A stretch of 64,000 bases of DNA, from assembly GCA_030390025.1 (NCBI GenBank), contig CM059438.1, positions 63,180,001 through 63,244,000 on the forward strand. The letters run 5' to 3'. Every line of letters starts with the position of its first letter. Position 1 is the stretch's first letter. The DNA is from Squalus acanthias. Taxonomy: Eukaryota. Position numbers and translations under genes: made by a program. Positions 24,232 to 36,324 of the stretch are shown here, one piece after another. Under the pieces are notes generated by a model. The model saw nothing but the letters and a program-made list of their open reading frames with translations. It made no database searches and was not told the origin of the DNA.

Positions 24232-26150
24232 TAGAATCATACAGCACAGGAGGCCATTTGGCCCATCGTGTCTGTTCCGGCTCTTTGAAAGAGCGATCCA
24301 ATTAGTCCCATTTCCATGCTCTTTCCCTGTGGCCCTGAAGCATAGAAGATAGGAGCAGGAGTAGGCCATTCGGCCCTTCGAGCCTGCTCCGCCATTTAAT
24401 GAGATCATGGCTGATCATCCAAATTCAGTACCCTGTCCCTGCTTTCTCCCCATATCCCTTGATCCCTTTAGCCTTAAGAAATATATCTATCTCCTTCTTG
24501 AATATATTTAATGAATTGGCCTCACTGCTTTCTGTGGTAGAGAATTCCACAGGTTCACCACTCTCTGGGTGAAGAAATTCCTCCTCATCTCAGTCCTAAA
24601 TGGCTTACCCCTTATCCTTAGACTGTGACCTCTGGTTCTGGACTCCCCCGCCATCGGGAACATCCTTCCTGCATCTAGTCTGTCTAGTCCTGTTAGAATT
24701 TTATAAGTTTCAATGAGATCCCCTCTCATTCTTCGAAACTCGAGCGAATATAAGCCTAATCGACCCAATCTCTCTTCATACGTCATTCCTGCCATCCCAG
24801 GTATCAGTCTGGTAAATCTTCGCTGCACTCCCTCCATGGCAGGAACATCCTTCCTCAGATAAGGCGACCAAAACTGCACACAATACTCAAGGTGTGGTCT
24901 CACCAAGATATCCTTGCTCCTGTACTCGAATCCTCTCGCTATGAAGGCCAACATACCATTTGCCTTCTTAACCGCCTGCTGCACCTGCATGCTTACCTTC
25001 AGCGACTGGTGCACAAGGACTCCCAGATCTCGTTGCACTTCCCCTTTTCCCAATCTATTGCTGTTCAGATAATAATCTGTCTTCCTGTTTTTGCCACCAA
25101 AGTAGATAACCTCGCATTTATCCACATTATACTGCATCTGCCATGCATCTGCCCAATCACCCAACCTGTCCAAATCATACTGGAGTTTCTCTGCATCCTC
25201 CTCACAGCACACACGCCCACCCAGCTTTGTGTCATCTGCAAACTTGGAGATATTACATCTAGTTCCCTCGTCTAGATCATTAATATATATTGTGAATAGC
25301 TGGGGTCCTAGCATTGATCCCTGTGGTACCCCACTAGTCACTGCCTGCCACTCGGAAAAAGACCCGTTTATTCCAACTCTTTGCTTCCTGTCTGCCAACC
25401 AGTTCTCTATCCAAATCAGTACCTTACCCCCAATCCCATGTGCTTTAACTTTGCACGCTAATCTCTTATGCGGGACCTTATCGAAAGCCTTCTGAAAGTC
25501 CAAATACACCACATCCACTGTTTCTCCCTTATCTATTCTACCAGTTACATCCTCAAAAAATTCCAGTAGATTAGTCAGGCATGATTTCCCTTTTGTAAAT
25601 CCATGTTGACTTTGTCCGATCCTGTCACTGTTTTCCAAGTGCTCTGCTATTACATGTTTTATAATGGACTCTCGCATTTTGCCCACTACCGATGTCAGGC
25701 TTACCGGTCTATAATTCCCTGTTTTTTCTCTACCACCTTTTTTAAATAGTGGGGTTACATTAGCTACCCTCCAATCCATGGGAACTGTTCCAGAGTCTAT
25801 AGAATTTTGGAAGATGACCGGCAATGCATCTACTATTTCTAGGGCCACTTCCTTAAGTACCCTAGGATGTAGATTATCAGGCCCTGGGGATTTATCGGCC
25901 TTCAATTTCCCTACAAATTTCTCCTTTTCAAGTTTATATCCAATTCCCTTTTGAAAGTTACTATTGAATCTGCTTCTACCACCTTTCCAGGCAGTGCATT
26001 CCAGATCATAACAACTTGCTGCGTAATTTTTTTTCCTCATTTTCCCCCCCTTCGATTTTTTGCCAATGATCTTAAATCTGTGTCCTCGGGTTACCGACCC
26101 TCCTGCCAGTGGAAACAATTTCACTCTATCGACTCCATCAAAACCCTTAC
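24232..26150 (-). mobile_element. Young CR1 (about 24338-25906) inserted into the 3' end of an older CR1
   Basis: RT ORF (KSPGPD, NYRPVSL, LDFQKAFD, KFADD); flanking pieces 24232-24337 and 25907-26150 are contiguous parts of another CR1 3'UTR. Confidence 0.93.
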
Positions 26151-26212
26151 GAAACACTTTTGGGTGTGTTTGTAAAGACTTCCTATATTGAAAATACCGA
26201 ACAGGAAATTTT

Positions 26213-27838
26213 CATAGAATGATTGCAGCACAGAAGGAGGCCATTCGGCCCGTCGAGCTCGTGCTGGCTCTCTGCAAGAGCATTTCAGCTAGTCCCACTC
26301 CCCCGCCCTTTCCCCGTAGCCCTGCAAATTCTTTTCCTTCAGATACTTATCCAGTTCCCTTTTTGAAAGCCACGATTGAATCTGCCTCCACCACCCTTTC
26401 AGGCAGTGAATTCCAGATCCTAACCACTCGCTGCGTAAAAAAGTTTTTCCTCATGTCGCCTTTGGTTCTTCTGCCGATCATCTTGAATCTGTGTCCTCTG
26501 GTTCTTGACCCTTCCGCCAATGGGAACAGTTTCTCTCTACCCTGTCGAGACCCCTCATGATTTTGAACACCTCTATCAAATCTCCTCTCAACCTTCTCTG
26601 CTCTAAGGAGAACAACCCCAGCTTCTCCAGTCTATCCATGTAACTGAAGTCCCTCATCCCTGGAACCATTCTCGTAAATCTTTTCTGCACTCTCTCTAAG
26701 GCCTTCACATCCTTCCGAAAGTACGGTGCCCAGAATTGGACCCAATACTCCAGTTGAGGCCGAACCAGTGTTTTATAAAGGTTCATCATAACTTCCTTGC
26801 TTTTGAACTCTATGCCTCTATTTATGAATATATAACCTGGTGTTGTGCGACCTCTCAATTCTATTTATGAAGCCCAGGATCCCATATGTTTTTTTAACCG
26901 CTTTCTCAACCTGCCCTGCCACCTTCAATAATTTGTGCACATATACCCCCAGGTCTCTCTGTTCATGCACCCCCTTTAGAATTGTACCCTTTAGTTTATA
27001 TTGCCTCTCCTCGTTCTTCCTACCAAAATGTATCGCTTCGCACTTTTCTGCGTTAAATTTCATCTGCCACGTGTCCGCCCATTCCACCAGCCTGTCTATG
27101 TCCTCTTGAAGTCTATCACTATCCTCCTCACTGTTCACTATACTTCCAAGTTCTGTGTCATCTGCAGATTTTGAAATCGTGCCCTGTACACCCAAGTCCA
27201 AGTCATTAATATATATCAAGAAAAGCAGTGGTCCTAGTACCGACCCCTGGGGAACACCACTGTATATCTTCCTCCAGTCCGAAAAACAACCGTTCACCAC
27301 TACTCTCTCTTTCCTGTCACTTAGCCAATTTCATATCCATACTGCCACTGTCCCTTTTATTCCATGGGCTTCAACTTTGCTGGCACTTTATCAAACGCCT
27401 TTTGGAAGTCCATGTACACCACATCAACCGCACTGCCCTCATCAACCCTCTGTTACCTCATCAAAAAACTCGATCAAGTTAGTTCAACACGATTTGCCTT
27501 TAACAATCCGTGCTGGCTTTCCTTAATTAATCCACACTTGTCCAAGTGGCTCTTAATTTTGTCCCTGATTATCGTTTCTGAAAGCTTCCCCACTACCGAG
27601 GTTAAACTGACTGGGCTGTAGTTGCTGGGTTTATCCTTACACCCTTTTTTGAACAAGGGTGTAACATTTGCAATTCTCCAGTCCTCTGGCACCACCCCCG
27701 TATCTAAGGAGGATTGGAAGATTATGGCCAGTACCTCCGCGATTTCCACCTTAACTTTCTTCAGCATCCTAGGATGCATATCCCATCCGGCCCTGGTGAA
27801 TTATCTACTTTAAGTACAGCCAGCCTTTCTAGTACCTC
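26213..27838 (-). mobile_element. 5'-truncated CR1 LINE with frameshifts
   Basis: ORFs 26478..26858, 26818..27300, 27474..27779. Confidence 0.94.
26829..26859 (+). mobile_element. 31-bp terminal remnant of Penelope family 2
   Basis: tataacctggtgttgtgcgacctctcaat matches the end of the 21785 element; 12-bp TSD tctatttatgaa (26817-28 / 26860-71). Confidence 0.85.
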
Positions 27839-29774
27839 CATGAATTAATTTACAGTGTCATTGAATATGGAGATCAGGTGGTTCCCAACCACTCTCGTCA
27901 CTGTTGGCAATAGTCATTCTTTGCAAGTTTATTGAGGAAATTTAATCTCCCAAAAATAGCCTGAAAATTCCTTTCCGTTTTATTTTGATTCTATTGCTGG
28001 CAACAAAAGTAAATGCAGTTTAAAGCCCTTTTATTTATGAAATGGAGCCAGTAATTCGAGCATGTACATATCATGGGTGCGGTAGTTTGACTTTAAAAGA
28101 AACAAAAGCAAAAATCTTTTCATGGAAAACATCAGAGATCTGATTAAATGGAAAGGTGCGGTGACTAAAACAAGATGCCTGTGATGGGTTTTCTTACCCA
28201 GAGTTATTGTATGCTTAAAACAATAACCGAGAGAAAATGTGACCAAAGTTCAGTGAAAGCAATGCAGTCGTTCACAATGGCGAAGTATGGAACATCCAAC
28301 TCAGAGCATAAAATTTGTAACACAAGCCTTAGATTGCATCTTAACTCAATGCTCCTGAAGGAAGTATTCGGAGTCAGTGTTAGATACATCCTTATTTAAG
28401 TTGGGTACTGAATAATTGACATGGTAGTTGGACACCATTGGAAAAGGTCCAAATTGGACACAACTCAAATTAATACAAAATAAATTAACGTATTTTTGAT
28501 AGTCTGCTTCAAGTCAGCAGCAGATCTAGTGATACTATGTTCTGTCATATTTTGTATTACATCTGGGGCACAATACCATTTCTGTGCCATCTTCCTTTCA
28601 CTTCGACTCCTTTGATTGGACCTCAAAAGCTGGAAATCAGACTTTGATTGGACATAAAGCTTCATAATCCTGGATTTCAGTGGTCGAACTATTCAGTGGA
28701 GCTCTGGAACTAGCTCTTTCCCGACACAAAATACTATACTGTTCGTGATCATGAAGCCTCAGTGGCAGATGGAGCGAAGTCCATGGTCCAAGTCACCTTT
28801 ATGTGGAGGAGGAGGGAGGATGGGAGTGTGAATCCCAAAATTGGGAAAGTTGTTGGGACTAAATTCCTGTTCTACTGATGGCCATTTTTGCTGCAATGCC
28901 TTTTTTTCTTGTACTCTTGCTGTCAAATATTGTCAGTATTAGTGCTTAGAATTCACAAAGCATGAAAGGGACATCAAAATTGTGACAGAATCTCTCTTCC
29001 CAAATCAGTGAACAATTTGCTTGTTTGTATTGCCTCATGAGTACTTGCAGTTATTGAAATGACAAAACTGTGATTCACTTTTTTTTCATGTTAAGGTGAG
29101 TGGAGGTGTTGATGGTTGAATAAATTGTGTATAAATAAAAATGGTCATCCTTTGGATAATGCAAAATATTGTTTTGGGATGTAACCATTTCAAAAGAACC
29201 TTTAAATTTAGATATTTTTTGTAATAGATTTGCACCAATACTTTCTTCTATGCATCAGTTTTAACAAGTGCTTAATATTTGTAATATGTAATTTTAAGGA
29301 AAAAATCTCAGAGAGGGATTTGGGGTTTAAATAGAAGGAGCAGGTGCTAGGTTGAAAAAGAGAAAACAGAGGGAGAAATGCAACCCCTACCCTCAGAAAG
29401 AACACATTTTTCTCGATTTAACGTGGCTGTCATTTCATATTCTTCGAACTGTAGGTTGTATGTATGTTTTTGTAATGATTTTATATCAGCAAGTGATCTC
29501 ACCAACAGATTGCATTTAGAGCCAAGTGTTACACCCCTGCCCGTCGAAACTTGATTGAGCAGATTCCTCCAGTTACTATGAATTACTATGGCTTTAAGCT
29601 CAAGGGCAATAGTTTTTAATGAAACCCGCGTCGATGCAGTCGATCTTGGCAGAAAGTCATTTTGTACAAATGGCCCCCGTGCACCTCCCAGTTGGAAAAT
29701 GTGTACTCAGGATCTGGGAATACTCGCAGGCAGTGGGGTTGACTTCAGTTTCTGCGACTGTTCCTAAAGTGTCA

Positions 29775-30303
29775 CATTGGCACTTCTGACCCCGGTTGCT
29801 TATTCTTGGTCAGGCCAACACCCCCAGCATCGAAGCTTTGACCACGCTCGATCAGCTCCGGTGGACAGGCCACATCGTCCACATGCCCGATACGAGACTC
29901 CCAAAGCAAGCGCTCTACTCGGAGCTCCGACACGGCAAGAGCCCCAGGTAGGCAGAGGAAACCCTTCAAGGAGAAACCCTCAAAGCCTCCTTGAAAAAGT
30001 GCAACATCCCCACCAACATCTGGGAATCCCTGGCCCAAGACCGCGCAAAGTGGAGAAGAAGCATCCGGGAAGGCGCCGAACACCTCGAGTCTCTGCCGGG
30101 AGCAAGCGGAAGCCAAGTGCAAACAGTGGAAGGAGCGCACGTCAACCCAAGCACCCCACCCACCCGCCCCTTCAACCACCGTCTGCCCCACCTGTGACAG
30201 AGACTGTAGGTCCTGCATTGGACTCAGCAGTCACCTGAGAACTCATTTTTAGTGTGGAAGCAAGTCATCCTCGGTTCCGAGGGACTGCCTAAGAAGAAGA
30301 AGA
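29775..30303 (+). mobile_element. RTE-clade LINE 3' end
   Basis: QLRWTGHIVHMPDTRLPKQALYSEL...WESLAQDRAKWR; C-terminal CPTC; (GAA)n tail. Confidence 0.88.
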
Positions 30304-30844
30304 GGTTCGTGTTGATATGCCTGTGAATGTCCCATCAGCACTACATTTAGTTTTATAGCTTTTTATGCTTTTTTTTATATTTGATTCAGCTGAATAAGAA
30401 ACTTCAGGAAAAAAAACAGGCTCCTGAAAGATCACAGGGGAAAAAAAATCACTGATGTGTAAAATCAAGTTAGTGAACTCCCAGACATATTGTGAAGAAT
30501 GTCTGGAGCACAGAGAGCAATCATTTGCTTTGAAAATACAGACAATATAAAAAGAAGATTTTAAGACATTAGTATTGATTTGTTTCCTGATATATGAAAT
30601 TGTCCTTTGCCCGAGTGTCTGCCCTGTGACAAGTTATCCACTGGTTTGCGTTTAGTTACTTGGCAACTCAATCACGGCGAGTCTCCAGGATCATTTCTGA
30701 AAATTGAGGTTTGTTTTATAATATTAGCACAGTGCTTCACTCTGATGCACAGTCTTCAGGTTCCACTCATTGTCTGATCAACCATCTGGATTTTACCTTG
30801 ATGCCCGAATCCGACCTGTAATTCTCGGTTCATTCGGTGGCAAT

Positions 30845-31236
30845 ACATAGAAACATAGAAACATAGAATCTAGGAGCAGGAGTAGGCCATTCGGCCCGTC
30901 GAGCCTGCTCCACCATTCAATACGATCATGGCTGATCATCCAAATCCAGCACCCCATCCCTGCTTTAATCCCCACAGTACACATATCCCACCCTACCCCC
31001 GTAACCCCACGTATTTAATACCCCCCTAACACTAAGGGTCAATTTATCATAGCCAAATCAACCTAACCCGCACATTTTTGGACTGTGGGAGGAAACCGGA
31101 GCACCCGGAGGAAACCCACGCAGACACGGGGAGAATGTGCAAACTCCACACAGACAGTCACCCGAGGTCAGATTCGAACCCGGGTCCCTGGCGCTGTGAG
31201 GCACCAGTGCTAACCACTATGCCACCGTGTTGCCCC
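30845..31236 (-). mobile_element. Full-length HE1-type V-SINE with CR1 (HER1-like) 3' tail
   Basis: Minus strand: tRNA head gggcaacacggtggcatagtggttagc...ggttcgaat, V-domain gtgggtttcctccgggtgctccggtttcctcccaca, then a CR1 3'UTR-like tail ending (TTTCTATG)n. Confidence 0.9.
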
Positions 31237-31517
31237 TGGGGAGCTTCAAAATGACTGTGTTCCTGATCCCCGAAGCAAATCTAAACCACTTTTTGATTTC
31301 GTCCCCACTCTAACCAACACAGTCTCCGACTATATTCTCACATGACTTTCAACGGCCAACATGGTGTAAGTTTTTGAAATTTCTTAATCCCTTGTACACC
31401 CTCCCATATCCAGGTGGCACAGATCACTTCTGCCAATGTGTGGTAAGATGTGAGTTTGTACCAGATACATAGCTGTAGTTCCCCATCAAGTGAGTGCGCA
31501 ATATCATCCTGGCTATT

Positions 31518-31710
31518 AATGAGAAGTCGCACAACACCAGGTTATAGTCCAACAGTTTTATTTGAAATCACGAGCTTTCGGAGCGCTGCTCCTTCGTCAG
31601 GTAAAGTGAAGGAATACAAATCAGCAAAGCATATATAGACAGAGAACAATGTGTAGCGTACAATGTCAGACGACTACAGTAAATCTTACTGACTGCCCTC
31701 CATCACACCT
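31518..31710 (-). mobile_element. Penelope-like fragment (family 2); hammerhead-like core 31568-31604
   Basis: 11-bp TSD tcctggctatt (31507-17 / 31711-21). Confidence 0.86.
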
Positions 31711-31961
31711 TCCTGGCTATTGGCAGGGTACAGGGTGGGGCCAAGAAGATTCCATTCAGGAAAAGAGAGAAGTCAGCAGGTGAGACCAGCTGGTCTCTTT
31801 TATCACAGTTACAGAGTGTCGTCATTAGAGAGCTGTTAACCCCACCCCTCTAGACCCGCTTGGTGGGCAGCATTTTGTGATGACCAAAAAAGAGGGAGGA
31901 GCACAAGCTTTAAAAGCAGGGGCATGGTCATTGATCGTAACTATTGCTGCTTGCTCCACAG

Positions 31962-32109
31962 TTGGTCGATCACTCCAATCATGTATCCAGCTTCTTTCTG
32001 GTTTGAGGTTCCCAGTACAGCCTATGTGTTCCTGATTGTCATCAACCTCTTCATTGGTATCACAGCAACGGTTGCCACATTCCTGCTTCAACTTTTTGAA
32101 CATGATAAG
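31962..32109 (+). CDS. ABCA2: ABCA2 exon [50 protein letters not shown]
   Basis: ctccacag|, |gtgggt; 148 nt. Confidence 0.96.
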
Positions 32110-32914
32110 GTGGGTACTCGAGCAGTGTAAGTCTTTTGTACTCCTTTCTTCCCCATTTTTCCTTCAGACCCATTTTCTACAATGAGCAAGTCTTGAGAGC
32201 AAAAGTCAAGTGGTTGGTAGCCATCTTGTGCAGCTCATTTATCAGATTACTGCCTTAAAGTCAAGCTCTCGTAATGTTTAATAAAGTATATTATGTTGTT
32301 TCTGATGCCAATGTTGTTGTATTTTTAGATCTTGAGTCCTAGCTTTAGTACGACCTTTAAAAGCAAAACAATTGTGAAGAATTATTATTTTTTCCTGTCA
32401 GTTGCTTTGTGTTCTTTAAGTACTTCCGTTTATACAGTGAGGGCTGCTGCTGTCATTGCTGAATTTAAAAAAAATATATATATATATATTTGTTCTCGGA
32501 TGTGGGCGTTGCTGTCAAGGCCGCATAATATTGACCATCCCTAATTGCCCTGAGAAGATGGTGGGCCTTCTCCTTGAACAGTTGCAGTCATCGTACTGAT
32601 CGTACTCCCACCAGACGGGCAGACTTACTGACCCAATAGTGTGAAGATGAACAAAACACAAATTTGAAATGATGATCCCTGAGGTACTCTTGGCTAAGGG
32701 CCACTTCTACCATATTAATACACTGTCAACTTCAGTCATGTCTCCCATACATCGGCAGCATATCTACAAAGGCCATCAGCAGTCACTGACTGAACAAAAT
32801 TATCCAAAAGCGCAAAGCAACCACCAAAATCGAAGGATATTAAATTCGATAATTCTTTGCAATCTTTTTCAAAGGAATATTAATCGTAAGACTCCTCTTC
32901 TTCAAGCTTCAGCA

Positions 32915-33290
32915 ACTTATTAAACCAAGGCTCCCTCTGCCTGTTAATGTGGACATAAAAGATTCCATGGTACGATTCTCTGAGTTCTCCTGCTATCCTG
33001 GCCAAATTCTTCCTTCCGCCAACATCACCAAAAGCAGTCATACAAAATACTGCGGACGCTGGAAATCTGATTATTTCCAGCATTTTCTGTTTTTATTACC
33101 AAAAGCAGATTAACTGGTCATGCATATTTGCTGTTTGTGGTATCTTGCTGTGCACAAATTGGCTGCCACATTTGCCTAAACAACAACAGTGATAATATAT
33201 ATATATATTTTTAAAAAGACAGTAATTGGATGTGAAGTGCTTTGGAACATCTGAAGGCCATGATAAGGTGCTGTACGAGTGCAAGTTCAT
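32915..33290 (+). mobile_element. Diverged Deu-SINE containing a 60-bp inverted Penelope family 1 remnant (33038-33097)
   Basis: 11-bp TSD accaaaagcag (33027-37 / 33098-108) around the insert. Confidence 0.75.
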
Positions 33291-33754
33291 TTGTTGGTCA
33301 TACAGAACGTGGCTATTCCTGTCACAGATGAACTCTCGAAGGTTCATGTGTTCTGATTCCCAAACTATGATTTGAGGCTTACTTCATGGTTCTTAGTTGC
33401 CTGTGTTTGGTTTCAGAATGTCTGTGTATTTCCAGTATTGGATGTGTGTCAATTGCTAACAATTAGAGTTCAGATTTTTCAAAAACACTCTCCTCGTCTC
33501 ACCCACTGAGAGCAAATATCTGAAAACCCTGACAGCAAACACAGTCTTACAAAATTGGCCCTTGTATGTCAGGGTGTAATACATACATTTCATGATGTAT
33601 TATAGAGTTGATTTTACTATGTATGGGATCCGGAGACTGAGTGATGAATGTATTATTTTCTCAGTCTTTAATCAATCTATCCCTTTTGCAAATGTTTTAG
33701 GAGATGATAAAGCTGCCATAGGAATGCAACTCTGAGGGAAGAGGCAAGGAGTCA

Positions 33755-34060
33755 CCCAATAGCTCAGCTGGTTAAGAAAGACCAGTTAGATCCTAAGTTC
33801 AACCTCTGGCCTGTGTTGGGCACGCTCATCCAAGCTGGCCAACTGTGTGGGTGATACAATGGGCCTCAATTCTCTGGGTTAGGGAGTTGAATATTGGTTC
33901 AAGCTCCTGATCACTACCCAATGACCCCTGCTGGAAGTAGATAGGACCAGATATCAAATGAGGATCGTGGTTGGCTGTGTCACCCTGCCCCCTTTCTGGC
34001 GGTCACTCTCTAAGGTAACCTATGAAGAATGGCCACTTGGATGAGGTATCAGAGGCTTCA
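33755..34060 (+). mobile_element. Ancient unclassified SINE-like repeat (related pieces near 23100-23320 and 37590-37640)
   Basis: tRNA-like head tagctcagctggttaag; shared motifs gacccctgctgga and tgaagaatggccac. Confidence 0.5.
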
Positions 34061-34264
34061 GGAGGGGGAGGAAGAATTACTAGAAAAGTAAGGGAATAAT
34101 GCAGATGGGAGTAATCATTAAATGAGCGATAAAACAGTTCTGAATTTTTTTTTTTATCCATCCCATTTCCCAACTGAAAATACAGAATTAAACAAAGTCA
34201 TCATGAGTGGCTTGCGGTAGAATTAGTTGAGTGACACTTCTTCAAAAATTCAGCTACACAGAGA

Positions 34265-34718
34265 GAAAGAAAGAACTTGTATTTATATAGTGCCTTTCAC
34301 TACCTCAGTACATCCCAAAGCTCTTTACAGCCAATGAAGTACTTTTGAAGTGTAGTCACTGTTGTATTGTAGGGAAATGCGACAAGCAATTTGCAAACAG
34401 GTCCGACAAACAGCAATGCGGTAATGACCAGATAATCCAGTTTTTTTTTTAAGTAATGTTGGTCGGGGGGTAAATGTTGGAGAACTCCCCTGCTGTTCTT
34501 CGAATAGCACTATGGGATTTTTAACGTCCAGCTGAGAGGGCAGGCGGGGCCTCGGTTGAACATTTCATCCGAAAGAGGGCAACTCTAACAGTGCAGCACT
34601 TCCTCGGTACTGCACTGAAGTCTCAGCCTAGACTATATGCTCAAGTCCCTGGAGTGGGGCTTGAAACCGCTGCCTTCTGACTCAGGCGAGAATGCTACCA
34701 CTGAGCCAAGGCTGACAC
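34265..34718 (-). mobile_element. Full-length Deu-SINE
   Basis: Reverse complement of the 16905 copy, ending ...actgagccaaggctgacac. Confidence 0.87.
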
Positions 34719-35243
34719 GGGGGGGGATTTTAGCTGCGAGCAGGTTTAGGGCGGGTCAAAACACTTCCCATTCGCATCAAACCCCTCCTTCCAAGGCAGA
34801 GATTCTTGGTGACCCTGCTCCTTTAATTTAAAGGGGAAAGCAGTTTTACACCCCCTCTGCCATTTATATGTGAAATGTAACAATATTCCTGGATCTGGAC
34901 AACACCCTACTGGATAGCTGCATTCTTCACCAGTAATGTGTTTTATTGGGGGAAGAGGGCTGTATGTTTGTGCTCAGATGGTCCAAAGTATTGACGCACC
35001 ACCCCATGAAAACACTTCGAGGACAGAGGCAGCTACCCCCGGCCCATGATGATCCCGAAATGGTAGAACTCCATTAAGATATGAAATTTGATATTAATAT
35101 GAGTGTATTTTTTTAAATATCTGCACTGGGAGAGTCCTTCCTTCCGCTTTTAAGCAATTATGGCATTACAAAGGTCCATGCACTCCTTTCGGTTAGATAA
35201 AGTTGTGTATGTTTCCAACATCTTCTCGTGTTTCCCTTCACAG

Positions 35244-35367
35244 GATCTGAAAGCTGTGAACGGCTACCTGAAGTCCTGTTTCCTCATTTTCCCGAATTAT
35301 AATCTGGGCCATGGACTGATGGAAATGGCTTATAATGAGTACATCAATGAATACTACGCAAAAATAG
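35244..35367 (+). CDS. ABCA2: ABCA2 exon [42 protein letters not shown](G)
   Basis: ttcacag|, |gtaaat; 124 nt. Confidence 0.96.
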
Positions 35368-35894
35368 GTAAATACAGAAGTGTTACCCAGAACTACTAGT
35401 TGACCATTAAAAGGGAAGCTGACTGGAAAAGTAAGTGTTTCAATGCTTATATTGGCATTTACAGGCCTCTTATGTAGAGCCATCTGCTTTCGTTAGTGAT
35501 ATGGTAACAGGATGCAGTCAAGAGTTCACCCCAGTGTCAATGAGAATTAATTGGTTTACACACTGATGCTTGGAGATCTTTTTTGTGGGTTCCAGTGAGT
35601 TTTTGCTCTACAGAAGAGGACAGTAATAAAATAAAGGCCGAACTAAACCCATGTGTGTGATGTTACAACGAAGCTTATACTTGTAGAACACTTCTTGCGC
35701 CAAAGGGACGTCTGAGTTCTTAACAAGTAGAGAGAAACAGTGAGCAGGAGAGAAGGAACTTTCGGAGGGATATTTCTAAACATAGCAACTCCAGTGCCAT
35801 GGGAAGCACCAAGACTCGACTTGAGGTGGGAGTGTCTGCTCAGTGCTTCTGACCTTTGGATGCCATAGCAACACCAGGATATACCGTCTTCGAT

Positions 35895-36324
35895 GCATAA
35901 ACAGAAAATGCTGGAAATACTCAGCAGGCCAGGCAGCATCTGTGGAGAGAGAAACAGAGTTAATGTTTCAGATCTGTGACTTTTCGTCAGAACTGGAAAA
36001 GGTTAGAGACGTGTAACAGGTTTTTAAGCAAGTACAGGTGGAGGGAAAGGGTGGAAAGTACAAAAGCGAAGGACTGTGATAGGGTGGAAGGCAGGAGTGA
36101 TTTAATGAACAGCAGAATCATTATCAGCACCTGCTGTCCAAAAAAAAAAATGGGAGTAGTGGTTGTGACCTGAAATTGTTGAACTCGATGTTGAGTCCGG
36201 AAGGCTGTAAATTGCCTAATTGAAAGATGACGTGCTGTTCCTCGAGCTTATGTTGAGCTTCATTGGAACAGTGTAGAAGGCTGAGGACAGCGAGGTCGGA
36301 GTGGGAGGGAGAATTAAACTGTCA
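35895..36324 (-). mobile_element. Penelope-like 3' end (family 1)
   Basis: Minus strand FNSPSHSDLAVLSLLHCSNEAQHKLEEQHVIFQLGNLQPSGLNIEFNNFRS (GIY-YIG C-terminus); decayed 12-bp TSD accgtcttcgat / accatcttagat. Confidence 0.86.

Noticed and set aside
24508..26157. 549-aa ORF as an intact gene or autonomous LINE ORF2
   Set aside because: Chimeric: it reads from one CR1's 3' region across a junction into the RT of another. No endonuclease domain; internal deletion and a frameshifted end.
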